Under the pieces are notes generated by a model. The model searched no databases. It was not told the origin of the DNA and saw only the letters and a list, made by a program, of their open reading frames with translations. Positions 8,108-18,313 of a DNA stretch of 64,000 nt are shown one piece after another (the stretch's first letter is position 1; the number at the start of each line of letters is the position of its first letter). Source of the stretch: a virus. The position numbers and the translations under genes were made by a program. The DNA lies in IMG/VR virus record IMGVR_UViG_3300032516_000007, positions 1 through 64,000 of that record; one strand, given 5' to 3'.

Positions 8108-10180
8108 ATGCAAAAACCAGCGACCTGGCCCCTACTGCCTGTTACAGCCAAAACCTGGGATGGGATTGCTGGTGGAAAATACCATCTCATCGATACGCTT
8201 CCTCTCTGGCATAGTTTCTATGAACAGTTGAAGATCAAGAAGCAAGTTGCTTGTGATTTGGAGGCAACTGGACTTTCCTATATTGATTCCAAGATTATTG
8301 GATTTAGTTTTAGTTGGGGAGCTGAGAATTCTTATTACGTCCCTGTTAGGCATGAGACGAATGAGAAGCAACTTGATATAGATGTTATTCGTCCAGATCT
8401 GGAAGAGTTCTTTTTTGATCCATCTCGCGTTACGATTTGGCACAATGCTAAGTTTGATTGTCACTTCCTAAAGATGGAGAATCTGACTCCTCGAGGAGTA
8501 GTGCATTGTACCCGCCTCATGCACTCTCTTATTCGTGAAGAACAGTCCACGACAGCATTGAAGAAGCTCGCTGAGGTAGAGATTCATCCAGATGCAGCAA
8601 AGTGGGAAGTTGCTATTGATGAGTTTCGTGCAACTTATGCTCGCAAGAATAAGATTCCCAAGAAGATGGTCCACTATGGATTGATCCCTCTTTCATTGAT
8701 GGTACCCTATGCTGCTTCTGACGGGCACTACGCATGGATTCTATACAAGAAGAAGTTGTCTCAAATAACCTCTGATCCTTCCCTGCAAGAGTTGTATCTT
8801 ATGGAGTCTCAGCTTCTTTGGGTTCTCCTCAATATTGAACACAATGGAGTTTTCATAGATCGTCCTTATCTTGAGAGGGTTGGTCCAGAGTTAGATATTG
8901 AGATAGAGAGATTAAGAGGGGAAATCAAGCAGGCACTAGGTGATGTGAACCCAGATAGTAACATGGCTTTGGCTGAACCACTTCAGAAGATGGGAGTGAA
9001 ACTAACCAAGAGAACCAAATCTGGGAATCGATTTTCTCTTGACTCTGAGGTTCTTGAGAAGTTGGCCAGCAAGTACAAAGTTTGTGCTGATCTCAAAGAG
9101 TACAGAGGTGTGGTAAAGATCAAGTCAACTTACATAGAAGGTATTATCAACAAACTTACTGATCTATGGCAACTTCATTGTGAATACAATCAGGTGGTCA
9201 GTACAGGTCGCATGTCTGGAAAATCTCCTAATCTCATGAATATCCCCGCCAAAAATAAATCCATCCGTCGTGCCTTTATCCCACCCAAAAGCGTCGTCTG
9301 CGTTAGTTGCAGTTACGAGAGAAAACATCTCGTGATACCGGCGAAATGTCCCATCTGCGGGGCTAAAGTGATCACGAAGGAGGACTACATTCTGGTCTTC
9401 ATGGATTACAACCAAATGGAGATCAGAATGACGGCTCACTACTCTCGGGATCCTGTTCTTCTGGATGTGTACAACGTCACCCACCAGGATGTTCACCTTC
9501 GGACGATGTGTGAGATCTGGGGGGAATATGGTTATGACGATGGATTGGCTATTTTACATGATGAATCTCATTCTGATCACATTCATGTAGTTGAGATGCG
9601 AAAGATTGCCAAGATCACTAACTTCCTCATCATCTACGGTGGTGGTCCCAGCAATCTGGCTTCCAACATCAGCACCCCAGATAAGCAATACACTGAAGCT
9701 GAGTGTCGTCGATTTATCCTGAGCTACTTTGAACGGTTGAAGGGGGTGCGGCGTTGGATTACACGTACAAAGATGTCCCTGAGAGAGACGGGGTGGGTCC
9801 AGAACTACTTTGGTCGCTACCGAAGGTTCCCGGAGCTGGCCAATTTGCTCAAGCGGGTTAGTAGAAATGCACAGTGGATGATAGAGCGTTGTGAGCGGCA
9901 GGCAACCAATTTTCTGATCCAAGGAACTTGTGCTGATTTATTCAAGATCGCTATGGTTCGTGCTAACTCAGTTTTGAAGGATGCAAGATCAGCGGTCATC
10001 ATGCCCATTCACGACGAGCTGGTGTTCTACTGGCATGTGGACGAGTTTAAGCACCTGGGTGAAGTCAAGGCCAAAATGGAAGACTTCAACTTTGAAGTGC
10101 CCATGACCGTGGACGTATCCTACTCCTCTTCTACTTGGGCCGAAAAGCATGAGCTGAAGCTGGCTCAAGCGATACGGTAG
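8108..10180 (+). CDS. polA: Family A DNA polymerase with 3'-5' exonuclease
   Basis: Exo motifs DLEATG, HNAKFD, YAASD; motif A DYNQMEIR, motif B RKIAKITNFLIIYG, motif C IHDEL. Confidence 0.95.
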   Translation: MQKPATWPLLPVTAKTWDGIAGGKYHLIDTLPLWHSFYEQLKIKKQVACDLEATGLSYIDSKIIGFSFSWGAENSYYVPVRHETNEKQLDIDVIRPDLEEFFFDPSRVTIWHNAKFDCHFLKMENLTPRGVVHCTRLMHSLIREEQSTTALKKLAEVEIHPDAAKWEVAIDEFRATYARKNKIPKKMVHYGLIPLSLMVPYAASDGHYAWILYKKKLSQITSDPSLQELYLMESQLLWVLLNIEHNGVFIDRPYLERVGPELDIEIERLRGEIKQALGDVNPDSNMALAEPLQKMGVKLTKRTKSGNRFSLDSEVLEKLASKYKVCADLKEYRGVVKIKSTYIEGIINKLTDLWQLHCEYNQVVSTGRMSGKSPNLMNIPAKNKSIRRAFIPPKSVVCVSCSYERKHLVIPAKCPICGAKVITKEDYILVFMDYNQMEIRMTAHYSRDPVLLDVYNVTHQDVHLRTMCEIWGEYGYDDGLAILHDESHSDHIHVVEMRKIAKITNFLIIYGGGPSNLASNISTPDKQYTEAECRRFILSYFERLKGVRRWITRTKMSLRETGWVQNYFGRYRRFPELANLLKRVSRNAQWMIERCERQATNFLIQGTCADLFKIAMVRANSVLKDARSAVIMPIHDELVFYWHVDEFKHLGEVKAKMEDFNFEVPMTVDVSYSSSTWAEKHELKLAQAIR

Positions 10181-10250
10181 ACCCTCACCTGGTTATAACA
10201 AAGGATACAGGGCAAGCTCTGTGCCTTTGCTGTGGAAAGGATGATTCGGG

Positions 10251-10838
10251 ATGCCCAACAATTTCACTGGTTTAGAGGTGAATGTCACAATAGACGGGAT
10301 CAGCTATGAGGCAAGCCTTGAGGAAGACATCACAATTGACGGTCAGGACCTGGATGCAGAGTTCCTGACTCAGGCTCGCAAGTTCGCTTGGTGGGCTATG
10401 GTGTCAGAGCTGGCCAAGGATTTGATGAATCGTCGTAAGTACGATCTGGATCAACTATATGCTCGCCAAGATCACAGGGTTCGCATGGAAGCATCTTGCC
10501 CACCCTCTCCCGCCAAACCCGTCAAGCTCACTGAGAAGATGGTTGAGAACAGCGTGATCACTTCTCCTGAGTACAAAACTGCCTACGAATCTTACCTCGA
10601 TACCAAGAAGTATTACGGTATGCTTTCGGCTGGTCGAGAGGCATTTGTTCAAAGGAAGGAGATGTTGATTAGCTTAGGAGCCAATTATCGGGCTGAAGGA
10701 AATGCAGATCCAGTTCTTCTCCAAGAGAAGGCCAAGATCAAAGCGTCAGAGTTGGCTAGGCGTCGAGTTGTTGCATCAGTGACTAACCAACCCCCTCGTG
10801 ATTCTAGAAATACACGAACTCCAGTCCGTAAACCGTAA
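10251..10838 (+). CDS. UvsY-like recombination mediator
   Basis: Helical protein (LDAEFLTQARKFAWW, LTEKMVE, AFVQRKEML) immediately before SSB and RecA. Confidence 0.5.
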   Translation: MPNNFTGLEVNVTIDGISYEASLEEDITIDGQDLDAEFLTQARKFAWWAMVSELAKDLMNRRKYDLDQLYARQDHRVRMEASCPPSPAKPVKLTEKMVENSVITSPEYKTAYESYLDTKKYYGMLSAGREAFVQRKEMLISLGANYRAEGNADPVLLQEKAKIKASELARRRVVASVTNQPPRDSRNTRTPVRKP

Positions 10839-10855
10839 CACAAGGGAGATCAGAC

Positions 10856-12160
10856 ATGGCAACGTTCAAGACCTCAGTTGAAAAAGCCAAAGCGAAAGCA
10901 GCCGAAGAGGCAGCCAAGGCTGAGAATCGTTTCCAGAGGACAGCACGGACTTTCTGGAAGCCCAAGCAGGGACAGAACCGCATTCGCATCCTCCCGGCTT
11001 GGACGGGTGAAGGCCCCAACGCCAATCAGTTCTGGCGTGAGATGTACGTGCATTGGGGGATTGGTCCTGACGAGGAGAATCAGGTCAACCTCACGTGCCC
11101 TCGGCTCACTCCTGGGAGCGAGACCAAGGAGTGTCCGGTTTGTGATGAGTATAACCGCCTGCGGGGAACAAAAGACCCCAACGATCTGGAGATGGCAAAG
11201 GAGCTTCGAGCGAAGCAGCGTGCCTACAGCAACATCATTGATCTGACTGACCCTACGTGGTCACAGGAGGATCTTGATGAGTTTAAGCTTCAAGGTGTCG
11301 AGGAGATTCCTGGGGTGGATTCCCCCAAGATCCAGGTTTTCAACTATGGGCCTACCATTCTGAAGGAACTGTTGGACATCTTCTGTGACGAGATTGATCT
11401 GACGGATCTTACGGAAGGCCACAACGTGGTCATCACTCGCACGGGAAAAGATCTCCAGACTCAGTACAGGGTTCGCATCGAGACCAAATCGACACCTGCT
11501 CCGGTCGATTCAGAGCCTGATCTTCATGATCTGGATGCTATCATGCCTTTCAAGGAGCCCTATGTGATGAAGGCTCTGCTTGAGGGGGTCGATCCAGAGG
11601 AGATGAAGAAGCTGTATCTAGCCGAGGGAAAAATCATTGAGGGTGGCAATGGGGAGAGTAAGCCTGCTGCTAAGGCTGCCTCTAAGCCTGCTGCTAAGGC
11701 TGTCGCCAAGAAGCCTGCTCCCAAGCCCGAGCCTGTTGAGGAAGAGGCTGTCGAAGAGGAAGAGGTTGCAGAGGAAGAGGTTGCAGAGGAGGAAGAGGCT
11801 GTCGAGGAAGAGGCTGTCGAGGAAGAGGCTGTTGCAGAGGAAGAAGGGGAGGGTCCTCCTCCATGTTTCGGTGCGGAGTTGGATGCTGGTGATACCCAGT
11901 GCTCTGAGGATTGCGGTCTATTCGAGGACTGCAAGGTTGTTACGGAGGCAAGGTTGGCCAAGGAAAAGAGGAAGCCAGTTGGGAAACCAGCTAGCAAGCC
12001 TGCTCCTGTTGCTGCCAAACCTGCTGGCAAGCCAGCGGCTCCCGTGGCGGGAAAGAAGCCTGCTTCTCCAGCAACAGGGAAGGCTGCGGGGAAGATGGAC
12101 ACGGGCGATGTGGACGATCTGGCCAAACGGATGCGTGCGGCTATCGACGGCAACCGTTAG
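10856..12160 (+). CDS. gp32-like single-stranded DNA-binding protein
   Basis: FWKP..GQNRIRILP, H..CP..CPVC Zn site; acidic and PAK-rich tail. Confidence 0.75.
   Translation: MATFKTSVEKAKAKAAEEAAKAENRFQRTARTFWKPKQGQNRIRILPAWTGEGPNANQFWREMYVHWGIGPDEENQVNLTCPRLTPGSETKECPVCDEYNRLRGTKDPNDLEMAKELRAKQRAYSNIIDLTDPTWSQEDLDEFKLQGVEEIPGVDSPKIQVFNYGPTILKELLDIFCDEIDLTDLTEGHNVVITRTGKDLQTQYRVRIETKSTPAPVDSEPDLHDLDAIMPFKEPYVMKALLEGVDPEEMKKLYLAEGKIIEGGNGESKPAAKAASKPAAKAVAKKPAPKPEPVEEEAVEEEEVAEEEVAEEEEAVEEEAVEEEAVAEEEGEGPPPCFGAELDAGDTQCSEDCGLFEDCKVVTEARLAKEKRKPVGKPASKPAPVAAKPAGKPAAPVAGKKPASPATGKAAGKMDTGDVDDLAKRMRAAIDGNR
11736..11848 (+). repeat. Coding tandem GAGGAAGAGG repeats (EEEA/V)
   Basis: Seen directly in the SSB tail. 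Confidence 0.8.
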
Positions 12161-12170
12161 ATCTCGTAGA

Positions 12171-12211
12171 GGCAGGGGCAGCTTTTCTTCTTAGGCAGAG
12201 CTGCCCCTGTC
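12171..12211 (+). other. Intergenic GC-rich hairpin without U tract between ssb and recA
   Basis: GGCAGGGGCAGCT ... AGCTGCCCCTGTC. Confidence 0.7.
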
Positions 12212-12223
12212 CAGGAGGCAGTC

Positions 12224-13357
12224 ATGGCCAGGACCGCAGTCAAACGTAAGTCATCTACCCAGGCTGACGAAGATCAACTGGTTCATCTTGTCGTCAAGAA
12301 GATGGAGAACCAGTTTGGTTCCAGATCAGCTCTCATTCCTGATTCTGGAACCATTCTCTGCCAGATTGATCACTGGGTCAGCACACGCAACTTTCTCATC
12401 GATAGTGCCATTGCCGGTGGGCTTCCCATGCCCCGTCCCATCATTCCCTTTGGAAGGCTCACTGAGATTGCTGGGCTCAATGGAACAGGGAAGACAACGC
12501 TTCTGGGTCAGATCATCGCAGAGACACAGGCCACAGGTGGCATTGCTGCGGTCATTGACACAGAGCAGTCCATTGATCTTTCTTACTTCGAGAAGCTGGG
12601 AGTCAATCTAAGTCGGTTGATTGTGATCCAGTGTGAAACCATCGAAGATGTGTTCACACGTCTTGTTTCTCTCGTTGAAGCGATCAAGGAGTTCAGCACA
12701 GACCGTCTCATTTGCATGGGATGGGATTCACTAGGTGGAACCCCGACCAAGGCTCAGGCTACTGCTGAAGCTGATGATCATTTCTACGCTGAGGCAGCGA
12801 AGGTGGTGGGTAAGAACCTCCAACGTCTCATCCAGATGATCTCCCGAGAGCGTATTGCTCTTGTCTTCAACAACCACCTCTATCGGAAGATGAACGTGAA
12901 GTACGGGGACCCCTGGGAGACCTACGGAGGGGAGAAGGTCAAGTTCTACTCGACGTTGAGGATTCGCCTTGAGCGAGTGGGAGCTATCGGTGAGGGTATT
13001 AAGGACAAGGATGAGGAAAAAGTGATCATTGGGCATCGGGTCAAGGTGAAGGTGATCAAGAACAAGATGGCTCCAATGCTGAGATCTGTTGTGGTTCCTT
13101 GCATTGGGAATCATGGTTTCAGTCTCAACTACTCTGTTTTCGAGCATTCGATTCAGCAGGGGTTGATCACGGGAAAGACGTGGCGATCTTGGTCCACCTC
13201 ATCGGAAGAGGTGAAGTTCCTGGGTTGGAAAGGGTTTCAGGAGAAGGTCATGGTACATCCTGAGTATCCTGATCTGGTCCAGCAGGTGGTGTCAAATCAC
13301 TACCATAAGAATTCCGTTGCTGGGGAAGTAGAGACGGAAGTGGAGGATGAAGAGTGA
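12224..13357 (+). CDS. recA: RecA-like recombinase
   Basis: Walker A GLNGTGKT, IDTEQ, WDS, YGGEKVKFYSTLRI, KVIKNK. Confidence 0.93.
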   Translation: MARTAVKRKSSTQADEDQLVHLVVKKMENQFGSRSALIPDSGTILCQIDHWVSTRNFLIDSAIAGGLPMPRPIIPFGRLTEIAGLNGTGKTTLLGQIIAETQATGGIAAVIDTEQSIDLSYFEKLGVNLSRLIVIQCETIEDVFTRLVSLVEAIKEFSTDRLICMGWDSLGGTPTKAQATAEADDHFYAEAAKVVGKNLQRLIQMISRERIALVFNNHLYRKMNVKYGDPWETYGGEKVKFYSTLRIRLERVGAIGEGIKDKDEEKVIIGHRVKVKVIKNKMAPMLRSVVVPCIGNHGFSLNYSVFEHSIQQGLITGKTWRSWSTSSEEVKFLGWKGFQEKVMVHPEYPDLVQQVVSNHYHKNSVAGEVETEVEDEE

Positions 13358-13572
13358 GACGGGCACCCGCTGAGGGGAAGTGGCAAGGCACAGTGACAGT
13401 GCTTCATGCCACGGAGAAAGCTCTGAAGGTGGACTACGAAGGGGAAGAGATATGGATCCCCTATAGCCAGGTTGATGATGACTCTGAGATCTATAAGAAG
13501 GAACAAGTGGGGGAGACAGGTGAGCTTGTGATCTCAGAGTGGTTGGCCAAGGAGAAGGGTCTGATTACATGA
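13354..13572 (+). CDS. Small hypothetical protein
   Basis: TEKALKV...WIPYSQV...ISEWLAKEKGL; overlaps neighbours. Confidence 0.65.
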   Translation: MRRAPAEGKWQGTVTVLHATEKALKVDYEGEEIWIPYSQVDDDSEIYKKEQVGETGELVISEWLAKEKGLIT

Positions 13573-14648
13573 AGGTACTTCTCTTTAGTGATCTTCATGG
13601 CCACGCATTCAAACCCTACGCTCAGCTTCTACCCAACGGGATGAACTCCAGGCTTCGGGATGCTGTGGAAACACTGGATCAGATCAGAGCAGTGGCCAAA
13701 GAGGAGAAGGTTGATCTGATCCTCTTTGGTGGAGACATGTTCCACACTCGAGGTACTATTCACGTGCAAACATTCAATGCCATCTTCGAAGGAATCTCGA
13801 AGATGTCACTGGGAAGAATGGTGGGGTTGCTTGTGGGCAACCACGATCAGACCTCTCGGCGGGGGGATGTCCACAGTGTTTATGCTTTTGGAGCTGTGGC
13901 GACGGTGATGGACAAGCCAGGATGGGTCAAGTTCACAACCAAGGGTGAAGACCTTCACATTCTGGCTCTGCCTCACACTCCAGAAAAGGATGACATCCTT
14001 GTAGAGATCAATGAAGCACTCAAAAACCCTCCAGGTGATCCTGCAATACTTCTGGGACACTTTGGTGTTGATGGGGCTAGCATAGGATCAAATCTGGTTT
14101 TGATCGACAAGCATTGTCTGTCCATGAAGGACATCTCTCAATTCCAGCAAGCGTTTTCTCAGATCTTCCTAGGACACTATCACCATCCTCAGAAGCTCGC
14201 GAACAACGTGCGCTTCATTGGAGCCCCCCACCACCACAACTGGGGTGATGTGGGTTCACTTCGAGGGTGTTGGCTGTGGGTACCAGGGGAGACCCCTCGA
14301 TTCAAAGCATTGCCTGGTCCCACCTTCAAGAAATTCGATCTGCAAACCATTCGAGAGGGTGTTGGGCTCAAGGAGAGCGACATTAGGGGATGCTACATCA
14401 GGATCATGTGTGAGGAGTTTCCCACAGATCTCGAGCAGAGTGAGCTGCGGACCAACGTGATGGGCACCGGGGCCAGAGTAGTGGAGTTTGTGGTTCTAGA
14501 ACAGTCACAGGTCGCATCAGGACCGGTACCCATATTCCAGGTGGGAATGGACTTCGAGGAGATGCTAGAGTCCTACATTCACAGCCAAACTGATCCCCAG
14601 CTTGATGATGAGATGTTGTTCATGCTTGGGAAGGAATTGTTGGGATGA
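13569..14648 (+). CDS. sbcD: SbcD/Mre11-like metallophosphoesterase nuclease
   Basis: SDLH, GDMFH, GNHD, GHYH motifs; adjacent to SbcC. Confidence 0.9.
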   Translation: MKVLLFSDLHGHAFKPYAQLLPNGMNSRLRDAVETLDQIRAVAKEEKVDLILFGGDMFHTRGTIHVQTFNAIFEGISKMSLGRMVGLLVGNHDQTSRRGDVHSVYAFGAVATVMDKPGWVKFTTKGEDLHILALPHTPEKDDILVEINEALKNPPGDPAILLGHFGVDGASIGSNLVLIDKHCLSMKDISQFQQAFSQIFLGHYHHPQKLANNVRFIGAPHHHNWGDVGSLRGCWLWVPGETPRFKALPGPTFKKFDLQTIREGVGLKESDIRGCYIRIMCEEFPTDLEQSELRTNVMGTGARVVEFVVLEQSQVASGPVPIFQVGMDFEEMLESYIHSQTDPQLDDEMLFMLGKELLG

Positions 14649-14947
14649 CCTACGAACAGATCGGGGCTGAGGTTGGAAAGTTGGTGACAGAGAAGCAAAA
14701 GCAGTACGGAGACAGCTTCACCAAGGCGGGACAGATCATGAGGATTCTCTATGAGAAGGGAATCCCTACTGAAGCGATGGCTGAAGCTTTGACTGTGGTG
14801 CGAGTGTTGGACAAGCTTAATCGTATTGCCACTGCCCGTGGTGGTCCTGATCTTGGTGGTGAGAGCCCTTGGCGTGACATCGCAGGATACTCCCTATTGG
14901 AGCTGGGCAAACATGAATGTCATCTTCAAGACCCTGAGCATTCGTAA
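14645..14947 (+). CDS. Nucleotide-modification-associated domain (DUF1599-like) protein
   Basis: K..QYGDSF, KLNRI, ESPWRDIAGY. Confidence 0.6.
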   Translation: MTYEQIGAEVGKLVTEKQKQYGDSFTKAGQIMRILYEKGIPTEAMAEALTVVRVLDKLNRIATARGGPDLGGESPWRDIAGYSLLELGKHECHLQDPEHS

Positions 14948-16865
14948 CTTCCTCAGCATTGCTGAGGAGGTGTTGTGGCAACTGACTGGGAAGGGTTTGG
15001 TTCTTATTGAGGGTGAGAACCAAGACAGTCAAGTGGCAGACAGTAATGGGAGCGGTAAGAGCACATTATTTGAGGGGTTAGTGTGGTGCATTTGGGGCAA
15101 GATGGTTCGGGGCGGGTCTGGGGATGCTGTGATCAATCGGAAGGTGGGGAAGGACTGTTCTTGCTTCCTGGAATTCACTTACGGAGGTGTGGGGTACAGC
15201 ATTCTCCGGTGTAGGAAGCACGAGACAAAGAAAAACTCCCTCGAGTTGTGGTCTTTCGATCCACCCACCAATACCTCTTCTGATTTAACTCAGGCCACGA
15301 TGGCTCTGACCCAGGAGAAGATCGATGAGATTCTAGGGATCGACTACGATACTTTCATTCGTGGGCCGATGATGCCTCAGGGAAGCTTCAAACGGTTCAG
15401 CCAGATGACTGACATGGAAGTGAAGTCAGTTCTAGAACAAGCTCTTCAGATCGAGAAACTAGCCGAGGCTCGGGGACGAGTTCGTCAACTTCTTCGACAG
15501 GTGGAGATGAAGGAATCCACATTCAAGACAGCTTTGGATGGTGCAAAGACAAGTATCACACTATGTCGAGAGAGACTAAGCCAATACCAAACTGAAGGAC
15601 ATACATTTGAGAAGAATAGGATTCAGCGTGTTGCTGATTTGGAACAGCAGGTTGCTTCTGGTGAAGAGCAAAAGAAGGAAATCCTAAAACCCTGGGGTAC
15701 AATTGATCCCACTCTCATTGCTACGATTGGGGATGCGTTGAGGGACTCTAAGGAGAAGTCTGTCCAGATTGGTCAGATGATGCAGGAGCTTCGTCAGAAG
15801 TGGGTGGAGAAGGAGGATGCCCTGCGTCAGCATCTTAGTGGGAAGATCACTCTTCAGGCTACACTCGATCATGAGAAAGCAGATTTGGTCCATCGTCACG
15901 ATGCGATTGAAGAGCTGGTGGGCCAGTGCCCAACGTGTGAGAGGCCCATCACTCCGGATGGGGTGGCAGCATCTCTGGATGTGATTGACAGCATACTGAA
16001 GATGAACGTCAAGGCATTGAGGGAGGTTGTTGAGGAAGTGGGGGAGGCCAAGAGGGCATTGAAGGAACTGCAAGAGAAGCGGGATGAGTCTTTGGATGGG
16101 GCTGAGGTATTTGTGAGAGGGGCAGCAACGAAGATTCGGGCCTTCGAGAACCAGATCAATCATGTTCAACAGGCACAGCGAGAGCTTGAGCTAATTGACA
16201 AGCATATCCAATCTTTTCGAACTGCCGCAGTTGAAGCTACAAATGCTCAGTCACCGTTTGCCAATGTGATTGATCGTGAAAAGTTGACCATTTGTGACCA
16301 CCTTCGGAAGATTCAAGCACTGACAGCTCGTGTGGCTGCCTGTGAGAGGCAATTGCGTCATCTCAAGTTCTGGGAGGAGGGGTTCAGCAACCGGGGCATC
16401 AAGAGCTTGCTTCTAGAATCAGTGACCCCCTTCATGAACCAGCGGGCGGCACACTACAGCCAGGCTCTCTCTGATGGGGAAATCAAGATTGAGTTCTCTA
16501 CTCAGACTACCTTAAAGTCAGGCGAGGTCCGAGAGCAGTTCTCGGTGCAGGTGACTAATGAGAATGGAGCGGATACGTACGCTGGTAATTCAGGTGGAGA
16601 GAAGGGTCGAGCAGATTTGGCGATCAATTTCGTGCTGTCTGACCTGGTTGCTTCTCGGGCTCGGAAAGCTTTCCCTCAGCGTTTTTTCGATGAGCCCTTT
16701 GAGGGATTGGATGAATCTGGGGTTGATGCTGTCATGGCACTGCTTTCATCTATGGCAGTGGATGCAGGGTCCGTCTTTGTCATCACACATCAGCCTGGCA
16801 TGAAAGGACTCTTCGATGGAACACTGACGGTAGTAAAGGAGAGGGGGCGCAGTGTCATACGTTGA
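14913..16865 (+). CDS. sbcC: SbcC/Rad50 SMC-like ATPase
   Basis: NGSGKST, Zn hook CPTC, SGGEK, FFDEPFEGLD, ITH. Confidence 0.92.
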   Translation: MNVIFKTLSIRNFLSIAEEVLWQLTGKGLVLIEGENQDSQVADSNGSGKSTLFEGLVWCIWGKMVRGGSGDAVINRKVGKDCSCFLEFTYGGVGYSILRCRKHETKKNSLELWSFDPPTNTSSDLTQATMALTQEKIDEILGIDYDTFIRGPMMPQGSFKRFSQMTDMEVKSVLEQALQIEKLAEARGRVRQLLRQVEMKESTFKTALDGAKTSITLCRERLSQYQTEGHTFEKNRIQRVADLEQQVASGEEQKKEILKPWGTIDPTLIATIGDALRDSKEKSVQIGQMMQELRQKWVEKEDALRQHLSGKITLQATLDHEKADLVHRHDAIEELVGQCPTCERPITPDGVAASLDVIDSILKMNVKALREVVEEVGEAKRALKELQEKRDESLDGAEVFVRGAATKIRAFENQINHVQQAQRELELIDKHIQSFRTAAVEATNAQSPFANVIDREKLTICDHLRKIQALTARVAACERQLRHLKFWEEGFSNRGIKSLLLESVTPFMNQRAAHYSQALSDGEIKIEFSTQTTLKSGEVREQFSVQVTNENGADTYAGNSGGEKGRADLAINFVLSDLVASRARKAFPQRFFDEPFEGLDESGVDAVMALLSSMAVDAGSVFVITHQPGMKGLFDGTLTVVKERGRSVIR

Positions 16866-17589
16866 AGCAATGAATATCGACACTCTCCAGAAGATTATTG
16901 ATCGACTGATGCCATCACCGATTGCCATACCTTTGAAGGTACTGGAGATTAAGGAGTTATCTACGACGACTGACGCACACACATTCAGAGCAACGGCTCA
17001 GGTGGGACGGTCCCAGGAATATAAGAGTGAGTATTCGGTTTCTGAAATGGCTATTAGGGTTGTTTCGTTCGAGCGGAAGTACGAAGTGATCCTTCGGTGC
17101 TTCGAGACGCTGGGTCGTTCACTTCTCGATGATGCCTACATGGATTTGGTGGGTATGTACCTTTTTGATGTGTTGGATCGATACCATCGAGAGATGCACG
17201 AGGGATACGAGCGGGTTCTGAGAGCAATGCCCGCTGAGATTCAACTGGGTGGTTCTAACGGGGGTCTTCAGACTGTGACCATTGGTGGGATTCCCATCCA
17301 CGAGTCGCTTCCCATTACCATGATCATCAAGGGAGCAATGGAGAAGCAAAAACCTTCCTTCGACATGGAGTACCTTGGTTGTCCTGCTCCCATTACTCCA
17401 GCAGATCAGATTGATCAGGTTAGACGTTTTCATGATGCTGGGTTGATCTCCACGCTGAAAGCTACCGAATTGGTGGGCAAGATGTTTCCTGTGGTTAAGG
17501 ACATTGAAGCTTGTGCTCTACTGCCGGGTGCAAAGTTCAGGATGGCACGTGAGGCAAGACTTAGGATCGCTTTCTGGAGGAAGCTATGA
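16852..17589 (+). CDS. Hypothetical protein
   Basis: 245 aa ORF in operon. Confidence 0.6.
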   Translation: MSYVEAMNIDTLQKIIDRLMPSPIAIPLKVLEIKELSTTTDAHTFRATAQVGRSQEYKSEYSVSEMAIRVVSFERKYEVILRCFETLGRSLLDDAYMDLVGMYLFDVLDRYHREMHEGYERVLRAMPAEIQLGGSNGGLQTVTIGGIPIHESLPITMIIKGAMEKQKPSFDMEYLGCPAPITPADQIDQVRRFHDAGLISTLKATELVGKMFPVVKDIEACALLPGAKFRMAREARLRIAFWRKL

Positions 17590-17954
17590 AGGACAAGCTT
17601 GAGTTAGCAATGATTCGAGAAGGACTACCCAACTATAATGATCCTTCGGTTCCTGTGTGTCTAGAATCAGGAAGGCGCATCGAGGTTGAGTTCTGGTGTG
17701 GAGACTGCCAGCACTACATCTACCTCAAGCTCAACATAGCTCTTGAAGGGAATCATGTGGTGGTTTGTCCCCAGTGTAGTCACAAGCATTATCGAGTGGT
17801 CAAGAACGGAATCATCATGGGTGACCGCTATGAAGAGGGGAAGATTATCGCTGATGAGATTGTGCCTATGAAGTCAGCCGCTACGAAGGAGCGAAGGCAG
17901 CGTGGCGGTATCGCATTGATCAGAGAGATGGAAGCTGTAGGCATTCTCAAGTAG
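17586..17954 (+). CDS. Zinc-ribbon protein
   Basis: CGDC...CPQC. Confidence 0.6.
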   Translation: MKDKLELAMIREGLPNYNDPSVPVCLESGRRIEVEFWCGDCQHYIYLKLNIALEGNHVVVCPQCSHKHYRVVKNGIIMGDRYEEGKIIADEIVPMKSAATKERRQRGGIALIREMEAVGILK

Positions 17955-17965
17955 AGGAGATCATC

Positions 17966-18274
17966 ATGGCAAAGAAGAAGATCGAGCGTCAAACATTCAA
18001 AGTTGGGGACGAGGTGTTTTGGAATAGCCAAGCAGCAGGGACCTCAACAAGAAAGCAAGGTGTGGTGATTCGAGTGATTGGAAAGGGAGAGTATTGCCCC
18101 ATTGGTGGTGGTGATCTGATGAAGTATGCCGTGCAGCTTGGTTCTACGCATCCTCGGGATCATGAGAACTACCTCGTGGTGGTGCCAGGGAAATCGAAGA
18201 AGGCGAAAGAAATGCTCTACCGTCCTGTGGTGAGCAGTCTCAAGATGGTTGTAACCTACATCATAGGTGTGTGA
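17966..18274 (+). CDS. Hypothetical protein (SH3-like start FKVGDEV)
   Basis: GAGGAG RBS. Confidence 0.6.
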   Translation: MAKKKIERQTFKVGDEVFWNSQAAGTSTRKQGVVIRVIGKGEYCPIGGGDLMKYAVQLGSTHPRDHENYLVVVPGKSKKAKEMLYRPVVSSLKMVVTYIIGV

Positions 18275-18313
18275 GAGATGGGGGACCTGATCGGATGCTG
18301 GTGCAGGTATACC

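Noticed and set aside
12171-12211. Intrinsic terminator between ssb and recA
   Set aside because: Strong stem but no downstream U tract; more likely a processing or stability hairpin
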